A DNA stretch of 64,000 bases from Myxococcota bacterium (GCA_036338695.1 JAYZBQ010000060.1:1302-65301), one strand, 5' to 3'. Counted from the first letter of the stretch, positions 37,498-47,834 are shown. Numbers and translations are program-made. Notes: generated by a model from the letters alone, not told the origin.

Positions 37498-40400
37498 GTG
37501 ACCGATTGGCGAGTCAGCTTCTTCCGGGGTGAGGCCAGCCTGCAGGCGAGGCATCTGGAGGTAGGGGCAGCGCGTGTCGAGCAAGCGGTGCTCCGCTTGA
37601 TCGACGTGACCGGTCCTGTCGAACTCGAGGGCGGAATCGAGCCCTTCGCCAACCATCGCACCGCGCTGGAGCGCCTCGAGCTAGTGATCGACCCTTCGGC
37701 TCATCTGCTGGAGCGCGAGTCGGCGCGCTGGCGTGACGGGACGCTCCACATCACGACCGATGCGGTCTGCGGTGAGCTCGTGGTCGACCGCCTTGGCGAT
37801 CGTGGGCTGCGCTTGGTCCCGCTGCGAGCGTGGACGGCGACTCGAGGCGAAGGCGGTGCGTTCTCGCTGTTGCTGCGCTGGGTGCAGGAGCGACTCGGTG
37901 GCGTGATGGTCGATGACCCGGTTGAGCTGTTCGCTAAGCGGGGGCTGGTGCAGGCCGGGCGCAGGCGTACCCGGCTTGAAGGCGGTCGCGTGGGCTGGAC
38001 CCATGAGGGCGAGCAGCCCGTGTACATTTTTGATCGTTCGGAGACGCCGGGTGAGCCGCTGCCCATGCAGAGCCTCGCCGCCGACTTCGAGGCGCTGCTT
38101 GAGCGCATGGTCGCTGGCGATCTGCATGGCGCCGCTCAGACGGCGCGTGAGCGCCTGATGGAGGGAGGGCTGTCTGCTGAGGCGGTTCCGCTCGCAGTCG
38201 ATCTGTTGGCGGAGCGCGACGATGCGCTGGACCTGCTGGCTGATCTGCTCCCCCGGGTCGACCGACTGACTCGGGCTCTGGCGCTCGCTCGACGTCGCCC
38301 CAGCGTGGCGGCGTGGATGGACGCAGCCGAAGCGTGCCGTGCTCATCAGTTTGATGCGCTTGAGCACGCTGCGTTGCTCGAGATGCTCGATGCCGGCGTT
38401 CAACCGGCGAAGGTCGGCAGCGTGATCGAGCGCCTCCTCGAGCTCGGTCGATGTGATGACGATGTTTTGGGGCGTTTAGCTGACGCCGCAGAGCGCAATG
38501 ACCACCCTCGACTTGCGATCTCGATCCTCCGCCGATTGGTTGGACGCAAAGCGGTGGATGAGTCGGTGCGCGAGGTGGTGCGCCTCGGTGAGCTGCATCT
38601 CGGCGAGGGGAATCGTCCGCGTGCACGCCACTACTTTGCGCTCGCCCTGACCGTCTCAGAGAACGCAGCGGCGCTTGAGGGTGCGGCATGGATCGCGCTC
38701 GAAGATGACGATATCGACTACGCCATCACCTGCCTCGAGCGCGCCGCTCGGCATGAACACGTCGAGTCTCAGCGTCGCGCAACGCATTGGCGGACCGTCG
38801 CTCGCCTGCGCTACGAGCGCGGCACCAGCGATCTCGCCGCCGCTGTGTCGTGCCTTCAGGAAGCGAGCCTTTTGGACCCGGACGGACGGGCGGAGGACCT
38901 ACGTCAAGCGGCTCTGTGGTGGCGTGAGGTGGGGCAGCTGGAGCGAGCGCTCTCGTGTGTGGAAGCTCGGCTCGAGCTGCCGGGTGAGGCGGCGCGATGG
39001 GAGTTCGAGGCGGCGCAGCTCTTGTTGGCGCTCGGGCGACCCGGGGAAGCCTCCGGCGCAGCGGCGCGCGCGCTCGCCGACGATGAATTGGCGCCGCAGG
39101 TCTTCCCGGTGGCGGTGCGCGCCTTACAGCAGGCAGCGCGGGATGATGCCCTCCCTGCTCTGGTAGCGCAGTGGTTCGCACGTGAACCCGAGTCGGTCAG
39201 CGATGACTTGGTCGAGATCGCAGCGCTGGCGCTTGGCGATCGCGGCGCGATGGCGGAGCGGGTGCTTGCACACCGTCCGGGCGATCACGCTCAGCTCTTC
39301 CGATTGGTGGTGGAAGACCGCTTTGCACAAGGCGATTTTGAGGAAGGTGCTGGGCTGCTGAGCCGTGGGCTGGATCATCACCCGAATGAGCTCAGCCTGT
39401 GGCGGCTGCGGCAGCGCCAAGCGGAGCACGACGAGCAGGCGTTGATGCGCGTCGAGGCGCTTGAGCAGCTGCATCGGCTGGACCCCACCGAGGAGCGCTC
39501 CCTGACGCTCGCCGAGGCGCATCTGGGCGTCCAGAACTTCTCCGCCGCGGTGGCGTTGTTTGAGGAGGCGCCCAGCGGTCGGCTGCGTGCAGCGGCGATC
39601 TATTTGGATCATTTTGGGGCACCTGCGCGGTGTCTTGAGCTGTTGGGCGCGCCGGATCGGGGGGACGTTGAGCAGCTGCTCCTGGGTGAGCGTGCATCGC
39701 TTCTCGATGGGCAGGCGCTGACGGACCCGTGGTCGTTGGCGCTGGTCGACCTCGGACTCGACCGTGTGCATGATCCCGATCGGGTGGCTCGCTTGATCCT
39801 CTCGAGCGAGGTCTCCGATGATGACGCCGAGCGCCTTGCGCTCTCGCTCGTTGAGCGAGGCGAGCTTGAAGCGGATCAGTTGCGCTCGCTCCTCGCCGGC
39901 GTTGAGGGGCGCGCCTTGCCGGTCTCGACCGGGCGTATTCTGGACGCTCTGCGCGAGGTGGCGCCTGAGCCTGGATTGGATCGGGCTCGTTTGGACCTGG
40001 CGCTCGAGGCGCACGACCGGCAGCGAGCGGACGACTTGATGGCGGCGCTGTATCCAGAGGACGCAGTCGACTTTGTCGGCGGTGATCGAGACCGGCTGGA
40101 CGCCTACCTTGCGCTGGTTGAGCGGACGGGAGCGGGATCGCCACTTGAGCGTTGCCTGCGGCAGTTTGCGGAGCTGACACAGGACGCCGGGCTGTGGAAA
40201 AAGTTGGCGGCGTTGCTCTCGGACCTGGGTCGTTATCAGGAAGCATGCGCCGCCTTTGCCCATGGTTACAGCTTGGAGAAGAGCCTGTCGGCGCTCGATG
40301 CAGCCACCTGGATCGAGTCGGCGCGTAACCTGAGCGAGACCGACCCACTGAGGCAAGCCGTCGACGCCGCAGGCGCAGCGCTTGATGCGGACGCTGAGGA

Positions 40401-43400
40401 GCGTGCAGTCGTCGAACTCGCTGAGCGCCTCGAGGGCGCCGCCGCCCTACCTTATTGGCGGCGAGCGCGTCATTTGGCGCCGGAGGATCACACCATTGTG
40501 CGGCGGTACGCGATCCGTGCGGTCGACGTGCTGCCGCCGCTCGAGTCGCTTGAGTTGGTCGAGGATTGGCTCAAGCAGGCCGGTCAGCTTCCGCCCGAGG
40601 GTCTTACGGCGGTGGTGCGAAGCCTCGCTGCGCGCATGAGCGCCGAAGGGCTCGCCGACCGTGCGCGCAGCCTCCTCGGCGCAGCGAGCCGCCGTTTTCC
40701 GCAGGAGTTTGAGCTGGCGAGTACCTGGATCGGCACCGTCGATGAGGTGGGGGATCACGAACTCAGCGCCAGCGTCCGTGTTGAGGCAGCGGAGCACTTG
40801 GAGGATCGGCGCGCCGACACCTGGCTTCGTGAAGCGGTGGATCTGTTTCGCTCTAAAGCGAGCCAGCACGACCAAGCGATGGACCTCCTCGATCTTCTGA
40901 TGGAACGCCGCCCGGACGACCCGGAGCCAGCGCTTCAGCTCGAGCAGTTGTCTGCGCAGGCGGGTGATTGGCCTCGCCGTATGAAGGTAGGCCGTGGGAT
41001 TTTGCAGCGTGGCTTGGACAGCGAGCGCCGCAATGAGCGCTTACGCGTGATGGCCGATATCGCAGCACAGCGTCTCCACGACGTCGACCAAGCGCTGGCG
41101 CTGCTTCAAGAGATTGAGCCGCGCAATGCAGCGGAAGCTGCCTCCGCCACCGAGCGCATGATCCAGGTCGCGCTCTCCGGGGGACGCCAGGCGATGGTGG
41201 CCGACCTTCTGACGACTGTTGTGGATGCGGCGGTCGACGACTACGCCGCGGTTGAAGCCTTGTCTCGGCGAGCGCAAGCGCGCGCTGCGGCGGGCGATCT
41301 CGACGGTGCCATGGAAGACCTTGACCTGGCGCTGCAGCGCGGCGGCGATGCCCTGCGGCTGGCCGCGCTCAGGACGGAGCTAGCGGATCAAGCCGGTCGC
41401 ATGGACGTGGTCGTGTCGGCGCTCGAGGCGTGGGCGATCGAGCTCCCGGTCGGCGAGGCTCGAGCGGCGGTGCTGTTCCGCCTGGCGCGAAGTTTGAGCC
41501 GCGCCGAGCGCGAGGAGGAGGGTATCCCTCATCTGACGGCTGCGCTTGAGATGGGTAACGAGGCCCTGCGTCAGCGCGCCTTCGAGGCGCTCTATCCGCT
41601 CCTCGCCCGGCAGGCCGACTCGCGCGCCCTCGCCGAGCTTTTGGCGAAGCATGCCTACGAGCTTGAGGATCGGCTGGCTGCGGCCGCCTTGGTCGCCGAC
41701 CTGCCGGGAGGCTTGGGCAAGGCGCTTCGGTTAGCGGAAGGGGTTGTGAACGCCCAGGCAGGCGGTGGTCTGGATGGGGCGGCTGCCTGGCTCCTCGCCA
41801 GCTTGCATGAGCGGGCAGATCAACCAGCGCAAGCGGCGGATCAATATGCGCTTTTGCGGCTGCAGGGCGACACCGGCGACGAGGTGCTCAAGCTGGAGGT
41901 TCAGGCGCGACTCCAGGCGGGTCAGCCCGCTGCGGCGTGGCGCCTGATCGAGGAACATGATCTCGGGGCGATCGATCTGAGGGTCGACACGCTGGTGCGC
42001 CTCGAGCGCTACGAGGAGGCCGCGGCAGAGCTTGAGGGCGCGCAGGAGGTCCACCGTGTCTGTCGATGGGGCCGGATCGTCGGGCTCGACCTGGCGCAGC
42101 CGAGCCGAGCGCTGGAGCGCTTGCGCAGCTGGCTGGCCGATCACGAAGCGGCGCAGGAGGTCCTGGAATTGATCGAGGACTTGGCTTCGCGCGCTGGGGA
42201 CGTCGAGACGACGGCTTGGGCGCGCCAGGCTTTGGGTGATCTGGTCCACGATGACCCACTCGCTCGGTCCCGCTGGCTGCAGCGCGCAGCGCAGGTCGCA
42301 TCCGACGCTGCGGAGGCGGTCGCCTTACTGACAGAGGCGGCTCAACTCGACACCGCAAGCGATGCGATTCGGCATCAACTGGGTCAAGCGCTGGAGCGTG
42401 CCGGCGATTTTGAGGCTGCGGCGCAGATCGCGTTGGATCTGGCTGAGTCTTCGGATCAAGTCGGTGAGCGCGTGATGCATCTCCTGCGAGCTGCCTCCAA
42501 TCTGCGCCGGCTGGACCCGGCGCAGGCGCTGCAGGTTCTCGATCGGGTCGAGGCGGTCGTTCCGGAGGACGCGCGCATGCTCCGGATGCGCATCGAGCTG
42601 GCTCAGGATCAGCGGCAAGTCGATGAGGAGGTGCGGTTGCTGAGGCGACTCGCCAAGGTGACGGCGGATAAGGCGGAGCGCCTGTCCGCTCTGCGTCGCG
42701 CAGCGGAGGTCAGCGGTGACATGGATCTGCTGCGCATGGTGGTGCTGCACGATCCCGACGACGTCGACGCTCGCCTCGCGCTGGCTCAGATGGCTGAGCG
42801 TAGGGGCGACCTCGGCGCCGCCGTGGGTGAGTTCAAGACGCTGGCCTCGCATCTGCACGGCGACGCCGCTGCGGCTGCGCTGCACCGAGCTGCAGGGCTG
42901 TTGTGGCGCGTGAAGTCGGACGCTCAGGGCGCGATCGATCTGCTCGGCGAGGCGCTCGAGGTTGTGGAGCACGCCGCGACCTTTCCCGAGCCCTTTTTGC
43001 TGCTCTCGGAGATCTACGAGACCCAAGGTGATGCGACCGCTGCTGCTGCCGTGCTTACACCGCTTTTCGATGTTTTGGCTGAGCTCGATGAGGAGGTCGC
43101 GGCGCGCGTCATCATGCAAGCCGTCAGCGGCGGCCTCAGCGAGATCGCCTTCCCGTATCTCGCTGCTCTTGAGGAGCAGCGCCCGGAGAGCTTGGTGCTC
43201 CAGCGCGCCGTGATGCATTATCTGCGTCACCAGCGCGACTGGGACAGCCTCCGGGAACGTCTGGCGTGGGTCGCTGAGCATCACGACGACGTAGCAACCG
43301 ACCTCGAGCTGTGTGCCCGCGCAGAGCAAGGGATGATCCCGGCACATGACGAAGCGGTGAGCGCCGCCCTCGAACGCCTCGCAGCGCGAGGGGGCAGCAT

Positions 43401-43881
43401 CGCGGAGTTGGCTGTGCTCGGGGTGACGCCGGTCGTGATCCCTGCGTTGCCGGGCGAGCGAGTGGAGGTCGTCGCCACCGAGCGCGGCCCCGTTCAGGTG
43501 CTCAGCGCAGCCCCGGTCGCCCTAGATGACGAGGTGGGGACGCTGGCGCCGGCGGGCACGGCAGAGCCGGATGAGGCGGCGCTCGAAAATGAGCTGCCCA
43601 CCGTCCCGGCGCAGAGCGCGCGCGAAGCCGGGGTGCTGCCGCCGGTCGAGGGTGAGGACCCGCCGCTCGATTTCGATTGGGGAGGTGAGCAGACCGAGCT
43701 TTCGGTCGCTCAGATCGCAGGTTCGGTCGATGAACTGCTCACGCAGGCACAGGAAGCCGAGCTGGCGGGACAGATTGAGCTGGCGCTGAGCTGCCTTGAG
43801 CGCGCCGCAGCGCTCGCCTCGGACGACGAGGCGGTGCGCGACGCCGTCGCCTCCTTCTTAGCGCGTCACCCGGGCGCGTGA
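37498..43881 (+). CDS. Giant (2127 aa) alpha-helical repeat (TPR-like) protein, no enzymatic motif detected
   Basis: Uninterrupted 6.4-kb ORF with GC3-rich codons and an AGGCGGAGAG RBS 7 nt before the GTG start. Composition is dominated by A/L/E/R/D with recurring helical-hairpin periodicity. No P-loop, signal peptide or TM segment was seen. Confidence 0.7.
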   Translation: MTDWRVSFFRGEASLQARHLEVGAARVEQAVLRLIDVTGPVELEGGIEPFANHRTALERLELVIDPSAHLLERESARWRDGTLHITTDAVCGELVVDRLGDRGLRLVPLRAWTATRGEGGAFSLLLRWVQERLGGVMVDDPVELFAKRGLVQAGRRRTRLEGGRVGWTHEGEQPVYIFDRSETPGEPLPMQSLAADFEALLERMVAGDLHGAAQTARERLMEGGLSAEAVPLAVDLLAERDDALDLLADLLPRVDRLTRALALARRRPSVAAWMDAAEACRAHQFDALEHAALLEMLDAGVQPAKVGSVIERLLELGRCDDDVLGRLADAAERNDHPRLAISILRRLVGRKAVDESVREVVRLGELHLGEGNRPRARHYFALALTVSENAAALEGAAWIALEDDDIDYAITCLERAARHEHVESQRRATHWRTVARLRYERGTSDLAAAVSCLQEASLLDPDGRAEDLRQAALWWREVGQLERALSCVEARLELPGEAARWEFEAAQLLLALGRPGEASGAAARALADDELAPQVFPVAVRALQQAARDDALPALVAQWFAREPESVSDDLVEIAALALGDRGAMAERVLAHRPGDHAQLFRLVVEDRFAQGDFEEGAGLLSRGLDHHPNELSLWRLRQRQAEHDEQALMRVEALEQLHRLDPTEERSLTLAEAHLGVQNFSAAVALFEEAPSGRLRAAAIYLDHFGAPARCLELLGAPDRGDVEQLLLGERASLLDGQALTDPWSLALVDLGLDRVHDPDRVARLILSSEVSDDDAERLALSLVERGELEADQLRSLLAGVEGRALPVSTGRILDALREVAPEPGLDRARLDLALEAHDRQRADDLMAALYPEDAVDFVGGDRDRLDAYLALVERTGAGSPLERCLRQFAELTQDAGLWKKLAALLSDLGRYQEACAAFAHGYSLEKSLSALDAATWIESARNLSETDPLRQAVDAAGAALDADAEERAVVELAERLEGAAALPYWRRARHLAPEDHTIVRRYAIRAVDVLPPLESLELVEDWLKQAGQLPPEGLTAVVRSLAARMSAEGLADRARSLLGAASRRFPQEFELASTWIGTVDEVGDHELSASVRVEAAEHLEDRRADTWLREAVDLFRSKASQHDQAMDLLDLLMERRPDDPEPALQLEQLSAQAGDWPRRMKVGRGILQRGLDSERRNERLRVMADIAAQRLHDVDQALALLQEIEPRNAAEAASATERMIQVALSGGRQAMVADLLTTVVDAAVDDYAAVEALSRRAQARAAAGDLDGAMEDLDLALQRGGDALRLAALRTELADQAGRMDVVVSALEAWAIELPVGEARAAVLFRLARSLSRAEREEEGIPHLTAALEMGNEALRQRAFEALYPLLARQADSRALAELLAKHAYELEDRLAAAALVADLPGGLGKALRLAEGVVNAQAGGGLDGAAAWLLASLHERADQPAQAADQYALLRLQGDTGDEVLKLEVQARLQAGQPAAAWRLIEEHDLGAIDLRVDTLVRLERYEEAAAELEGAQEVHRVCRWGRIVGLDLAQPSRALERLRSWLADHEAAQEVLELIEDLASRAGDVETTAWARQALGDLVHDDPLARSRWLQRAAQVASDAAEAVALLTEAAQLDTASDAIRHQLGQALERAGDFEAAAQIALDLAESSDQVGERVMHLLRAASNLRRLDPAQALQVLDRVEAVVPEDARMLRMRIELAQDQRQVDEEVRLLRRLAKVTADKAERLSALRRAAEVSGDMDLLRMVVLHDPDDVDARLALAQMAERRGDLGAAVGEFKTLASHLHGDAAAAALHRAAGLLWRVKSDAQGAIDLLGEALEVVEHAATFPEPFLLLSEIYETQGDATAAAAVLTPLFDVLAELDEEVAARVIMQAVSGGLSEIAFPYLAALEEQRPESLVLQRAVMHYLRHQRDWDSLRERLAWVAEHHDDVATDLELCARAEQGMIPAHDEAVSAALERLAARGGSIAELAVLGVTPVVIPALPGERVEVVATERGPVQVLSAAPVALDDEVGTLAPAGTAEPDEAALENELPTVPAQSAREAGVLPPVEGEDPPLDFDWGGEQTELSVAQIAGSVDELLTQAQEAELAGQIELALSCLERAAALASDDEAVRDAVASFLARHPGA

Positions 43882-46449
43882 CCGCCGCCGGATACCGACC
43901 AGAGCCAAGAGCATGAGCGTACTCACCGCCTGGTGGCTGCATCCCGCCGCTGCGGGCGGAGCTTGCGTCGCTGCGGTCGGTGCGCTGTTGGCGACCGAGA
44001 GGCGTGCCGGCGCCGAGCGTCGACCCCAGCGGTCGACCGCGACCACCTCGACGCGCGTCCCTGGGGCGACCTGGTCGCGCTCGATCGTTCGCTCGTCGAA
44101 GCGCGCCAGCTCACTGTCTTCACCCCACCGGACAAAGACGCTGACCTGATCGTCTGAGCTGTGCAGCACCTGAATGGTCCAGCCGGTACGATTCTCGATC
44201 AGCTCGACGACCGGAGGCGCGGCGCTCGTACGGACGGTGACGGGCGCCAGCGCTTTGGGGCGTGCGCGCCAGTCACCAACCGGTCGCGCCCGCAGCTCGA
44301 CGTGGTGCACGCCGACGAGCCCGAGTTTCGGCTGCCGGAGCGTCAGCCAGCCTGCGGGGTCCGGCTGTGTCCAGGCTCTCCAAGGACCGCCACCGACTCG
44401 GTAGGAGTACTCGAGGTCAGCAGCGCCCTCCATGAGCAGTCGAACGGCGCCCGTCGCTCGCAGCCCCGTCGGGGTGCTTGCGATCAAACTGTCGTGGTCG
44501 ATGGAGGCGACCGCAGAATTCAGGTCGAGCTGGCTGGGCAGTGCCTCGCCCACGGCGAGGTTGGTGTAGACGGCGAGCTCGTCGCCCTCGGCGCCGCGCA
44601 CTTCGACGTGGTCGACGGAGGCGGAGACGGGGGTCCCGAGGGCATCGCCAAGCGTCGAGGCGAGATCGACCTCGAACCGCAGGGAATCTTGCAAGAAGTT
44701 CCCGAGCACCAAATCGATCAGCGCCGGCAGCGTCCCACCGATATCCGAGCCCACGACGGGCTCGTCGTAGACCACGTCAAAGTCTCCGATGTTCGGTCCG
44801 TCAGCGACCTGCACAACCAGTAAGGGCGTCCCCTCCTCGTCCGCCTCGGGGCTCAACTGCAGCGCCATATCGACGTTGAGGAGCACGGCGAACGCACGAA
44901 CGAAGCGTTGATCGATGGCGATGAAGACCTCCATCTTCATCTCGTTGAGCTCCATACGCATCTGCGGATCAGAGGGACCGGCTTCAGCGATCATATCAAA
45001 CCGCGGCTCGGTCGTCGGGCGCAGGCGAACCATAACCGGCGCCGACGGCCCGGCGAGCGCCATAATCTCTCCAGCGAGGAGCCCGAACATGCCGCTGCTG
45101 AGCAGCTCGGGCGTCCCGGTCAGGGCACCGATGTCGGCTGTTGTCAGGTCGATGCACAACATCCCGCTCGTGAAGATGCTCCAGCCGAGTTGGTTGAGCC
45201 CGCTCTCGGACAAGCCAAAGCCCAGCGCATAACGCCGCTGCTCGCCCTGATCATCAACCCATCGTGGCGGCAGCGTCACGGGGGTGGGCGCCGAGAATCG
45301 TGGGAGCTCATCCGGAAGCATCACACAGCCCGCAGGGAAATCGTTCTCGTCCTCGACGACCGCCTCAAAGCCTAACTCCATGGCGATGTCCATCCCGACG
45401 CTTTCGCTGTCCTCGCAGTCGCCTAGGTCACGGTCATCGCAGTTGACCTGAAAGGCTCCGCCCATGGCGGCGGCGTGGATGCCGAGCGGTTTGGCGCGTT
45501 TGAGACTGGACAAATCAGCGATCAAGTCACCGGTCTGCAGCTGCAGGTCGGACTCGAGCGGCGTCGGGGGTACCAAGTTGTTGACGATGAACTCTCCGAG
45601 ATTGGTCAGCACCGGCGTCAGCGCAGGTTCGATAAGAGCGACGAGACGCTCGAGCACGTTGAAGACGCCGTCGAGCGCCGGGCACAGGACCGCGCTGCAC
45701 TCGCGATCACTTTGATCGAGGCAGAGCCCCAGCACGCACAGATCGCCGTCGGCGCAGCGCCAGTCCGTCCCTGCGGTGATGTTCAGGTCAACGCCGTCGA
45801 TGCTGACGTCACGGACGTCCACGTCGACGTCGAGCTGGTGTTCGTTGTCGACCGACGGGAAGAGCTTGATGTCCACCGTGACGCGGAGCGCATGCTCGGG
45901 CGGTCCGCCGTTGCCGTTGCCGAGGACACAAGCTGCATCGATACCGGTCAGGCGCCGTCCAAACACGGTGAGCCCGACATCGGCGCCAAGGATCACATTG
46001 AGCCCGATCTGCAGGTCACGGATGGTCAGCTGGATCCCGTCTCGCTCATCGAGAAAACTCATCGAGAGGCGCTCGCGGAACGCCTGGGTGAAGATGCTCA
46101 TTGTGCTCACCGGGCTGCCGCCGCGGCCATCGGCGACAAAGATGTCACCCTCGATCGGCGACTGGCCCCAGTTGAAGACGGTGCCTGGCACCGGGACCTC
46201 GATCTCGCCCTCTTGACCCTCTTGATTGGCGAGCGCCTGGTCGAGCAGAGGTGGGATGGCTTGGCGGAAGAAGTCGAGCCCGTCGCGCGTCAGCCGCAGC
46301 TTCATGGCGTCGGCGACCGGTACGGTGTCGACAGCCGGTCGGCTAGGGTAGACGTAGTCTTCAGCTCCCGAGCACCCGCCGCAGCCGCCGCCGCAGCCAA
46401 TGGACAGGAACAGGACCGCTGCGAAACCCGCGTAACGACGTTGATGCAT
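43858..46449 (-). CDS. Cell-surface protein with MYXO-CTERM sorting signal and N-terminal lipoprotein-type signal with a Cys cluster
   Basis: C-terminus ends ...AAAGCSHQAVSTLMLLALVGIRRRSRARVTR: Cys, a hydrophobic span and an Arg cluster. Probable start MHQRRYAGFAAVLFLSIGCGGGCGGCSG at 46449. Confidence 0.7.
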   Translation of the reverse strand: MHQRRYAGFAAVLFLSIGCGGGCGGCSGAEDYVYPSRPAVDTVPVADAMKLRLTRDGLDFFRQAIPPLLDQALANQEGQEGEIEVPVPGTVFNWGQSPIEGDIFVADGRGGSPVSTMSIFTQAFRERLSMSFLDERDGIQLTIRDLQIGLNVILGADVGLTVFGRRLTGIDAACVLGNGNGGPPEHALRVTVDIKLFPSVDNEHQLDVDVDVRDVSIDGVDLNITAGTDWRCADGDLCVLGLCLDQSDRECSAVLCPALDGVFNVLERLVALIEPALTPVLTNLGEFIVNNLVPPTPLESDLQLQTGDLIADLSSLKRAKPLGIHAAAMGGAFQVNCDDRDLGDCEDSESVGMDIAMELGFEAVVEDENDFPAGCVMLPDELPRFSAPTPVTLPPRWVDDQGEQRRYALGFGLSESGLNQLGWSIFTSGMLCIDLTTADIGALTGTPELLSSGMFGLLAGEIMALAGPSAPVMVRLRPTTEPRFDMIAEAGPSDPQMRMELNEMKMEVFIAIDQRFVRAFAVLLNVDMALQLSPEADEEGTPLLVVQVADGPNIGDFDVVYDEPVVGSDIGGTLPALIDLVLGNFLQDSLRFEVDLASTLGDALGTPVSASVDHVEVRGAEGDELAVYTNLAVGEALPSQLDLNSAVASIDHDSLIASTPTGLRATGAVRLLMEGAADLEYSYRVGGGPWRAWTQPDPAGWLTLRQPKLGLVGVHHVELRARPVGDWRARPKALAPVTVRTSAAPPVVELIENRTGWTIQVLHSSDDQVSVFVRWGEDSELARFDERTIERDQVAPGTRVEVVAVDRWGRRSAPARLSVANSAPTAATQAPPAAAGCSHQAVSTLMLLALVGIRRRSRARVTR

Positions 46450-46499
46450 CTCGCCTCCGAAGGGGGTATAACAGAAACGCAACAGCATTTCAGGAGTCT

Positions 46500-46528
46500 T
46501 TGCTTATCTGTTGCCGTTGTGGAATAAT
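46500..46528 (+). promoter_or_regulatory. Candidate sigma70-type promoter (TTGCTT-N17-AATAAT) for the 46558 lipoprotein gene
   Basis: -35 at 46500-46505, 17-nt spacer, -10 at 46523-46528. Locally AT-richer segment. GGAG RBS before ATG 46558. Confidence 0.35.
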
Positions 46529-46557
46529 CCCGACCGCACCCCAATGGAGAAACGGGT

Positions 46558-47262
46558 ATGAACTTGCTTCGCACTGTCTCGGCCACTTTGGCTCTCACCG
46601 CATTGACCTCGGCCTGTGGGCTGCCGGTACCGTTCGAGTGGACGAGCAACCCGCAGCAGGTGAACGTCGACGAGCTGCTCGGCGAGAACACCTTTAATGT
46701 CCCCGCAGGTGAGGACGCTGAGGCGGCGCAGGACCTGATCCAGCAGTACCTGTCTGAGTTCTCCGATGAAGAGAACTGGCCGGAAGACCTCGCGGAGGTC
46801 AAAATCGACGTGCCGCTGCTCCAGACCTTTCCGGTTGACTTGACCCAGAACGAGCAGGTCGCCGCTGCGGCGGATAAACTCGAGGCGGTGGCGGTGGACA
46901 ACCTAGAGGTTCGGTTCCTGGCGAATTCGATCAACTACAGCATCCCGAGCTTTCACTTCTTCACTGTGGATGACGGCGTGACCATGCCCGACGCCGAGAG
47001 CTTTGACATGAACAGCCTCCCGGCGGGTGTTCAACAGATCGGCAGCATGACCGGCGTTGAGGCGAAGAGCACGGGGAGCTTCGCCCTCGAGTACAGCGAG
47101 GGCGGTAAGCAGCTGCTCAGTGACGCCGTGCTCGCACGCAAGTTTAACATCGCCATCTACACGCAGGTGACCTTTGACAGCACGCAAGAGGGCGGGTTGG
47201 TCCCGACCGGTGCGGCTGAGGTTCAGGCGCACATCAAGGGGCGTATCCTCTCCGGTAACTGA
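46558..47262 (+). CDS. Acidic lipoprotein (hypothetical)
   Basis: Lipobox LTSAC, no recognisable domain. Slightly lower GC than its neighbours. Confidence 0.6.
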   Translation: MNLLRTVSATLALTALTSACGLPVPFEWTSNPQQVNVDELLGENTFNVPAGEDAEAAQDLIQQYLSEFSDEENWPEDLAEVKIDVPLLQTFPVDLTQNEQVAAAADKLEAVAVDNLEVRFLANSINYSIPSFHFFTVDDGVTMPDAESFDMNSLPAGVQQIGSMTGVEAKSTGSFALEYSEGGKQLLSDAVLARKFNIAIYTQVTFDSTQEGGLVPTGAAEVQAHIKGRILSGN

Positions 47263-47834
47263 TGCCAAACGATACGTTCTTAGCCCCTCGGCGTCTGCGC
47301 TTGCTCGCAGGCGCCTTGGTCTTTTTAGCCCTGACCAGCTGCTCAGCGGTTGAGGAAGAGACCGAGTCGTACCAAGCCTGGTACCGCCCGGTTCCGCTCG
47401 GCTTTTGTCCGCGCTTTATCGTTGGGGATCGCCACGCCTGGGTGGTCGGGATGGTGGCGCCTGGCAAGGAGCGCGATCAGCTGGAGCGGCGCGTGTTTAC
47501 GTTCCGTGGGGCGTTTGAACTCGACGGCGAAGGGGAAGAGCGAACCCGCTCGAGCTGTGATGATCGAGCCTATCCGATCTTTCGGTTGAGCGAGGTGACA
47601 GAGGAGCGGCTGATGGCGCTCGGTGAGCCCGAGCCGAAGGTCACGCGCGGTCCGGGGAGCATCCCCAAGCCCGAGCCGCTGGTGGCGCCAGCGACGCCGG
47701 CGCCGGCAGCCAAAGACGCCGCTGAGCCGGGTGCTCCTGCAGCGACCGCTGCGCCGGCAAAGCGGCGGTTCAAGGGGAAGCGAAACCGCCGCACGCGCCG
47801 CCGAGTCAAGCAGCGGAGGCAGCGCACGCCATGA
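47262..47834 (+). CDS. Lipoprotein with poly-basic C-terminal tail (hypothetical)
   Basis: Lipobox LTSCS. The C-terminal 30 aa are about 50% Arg/Lys. Confidence 0.55.
   Translation: MPNDTFLAPRRLRLLAGALVFLALTSCSAVEEETESYQAWYRPVPLGFCPRFIVGDRHAWVVGMVAPGKERDQLERRVFTFRGAFELDGEGEERTRSSCDDRAYPIFRLSEVTEERLMALGEPEPKVTRGPGSIPKPEPLVAPATPAPAAKDAAEPGAPAATAAPAKRRFKGKRNRRTRRRVKQRRQRTP

Noticed and set aside
39124-43347. Minus-strand ORFs of 410 and 340 aa (39124..40356, 42325..43347) within the giant gene
   Set aside because: The 2127-aa plus-strand frame is continuous with proper GC3 bias. The minus ORFs are Arg/Pro/Gln-rich shadows.
45475-46527. 350-aa plus-strand ORF opposite the MYXO-CTERM gene
   Set aside because: Antisense. 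The minus frame carries the signal peptide and sorting tail.
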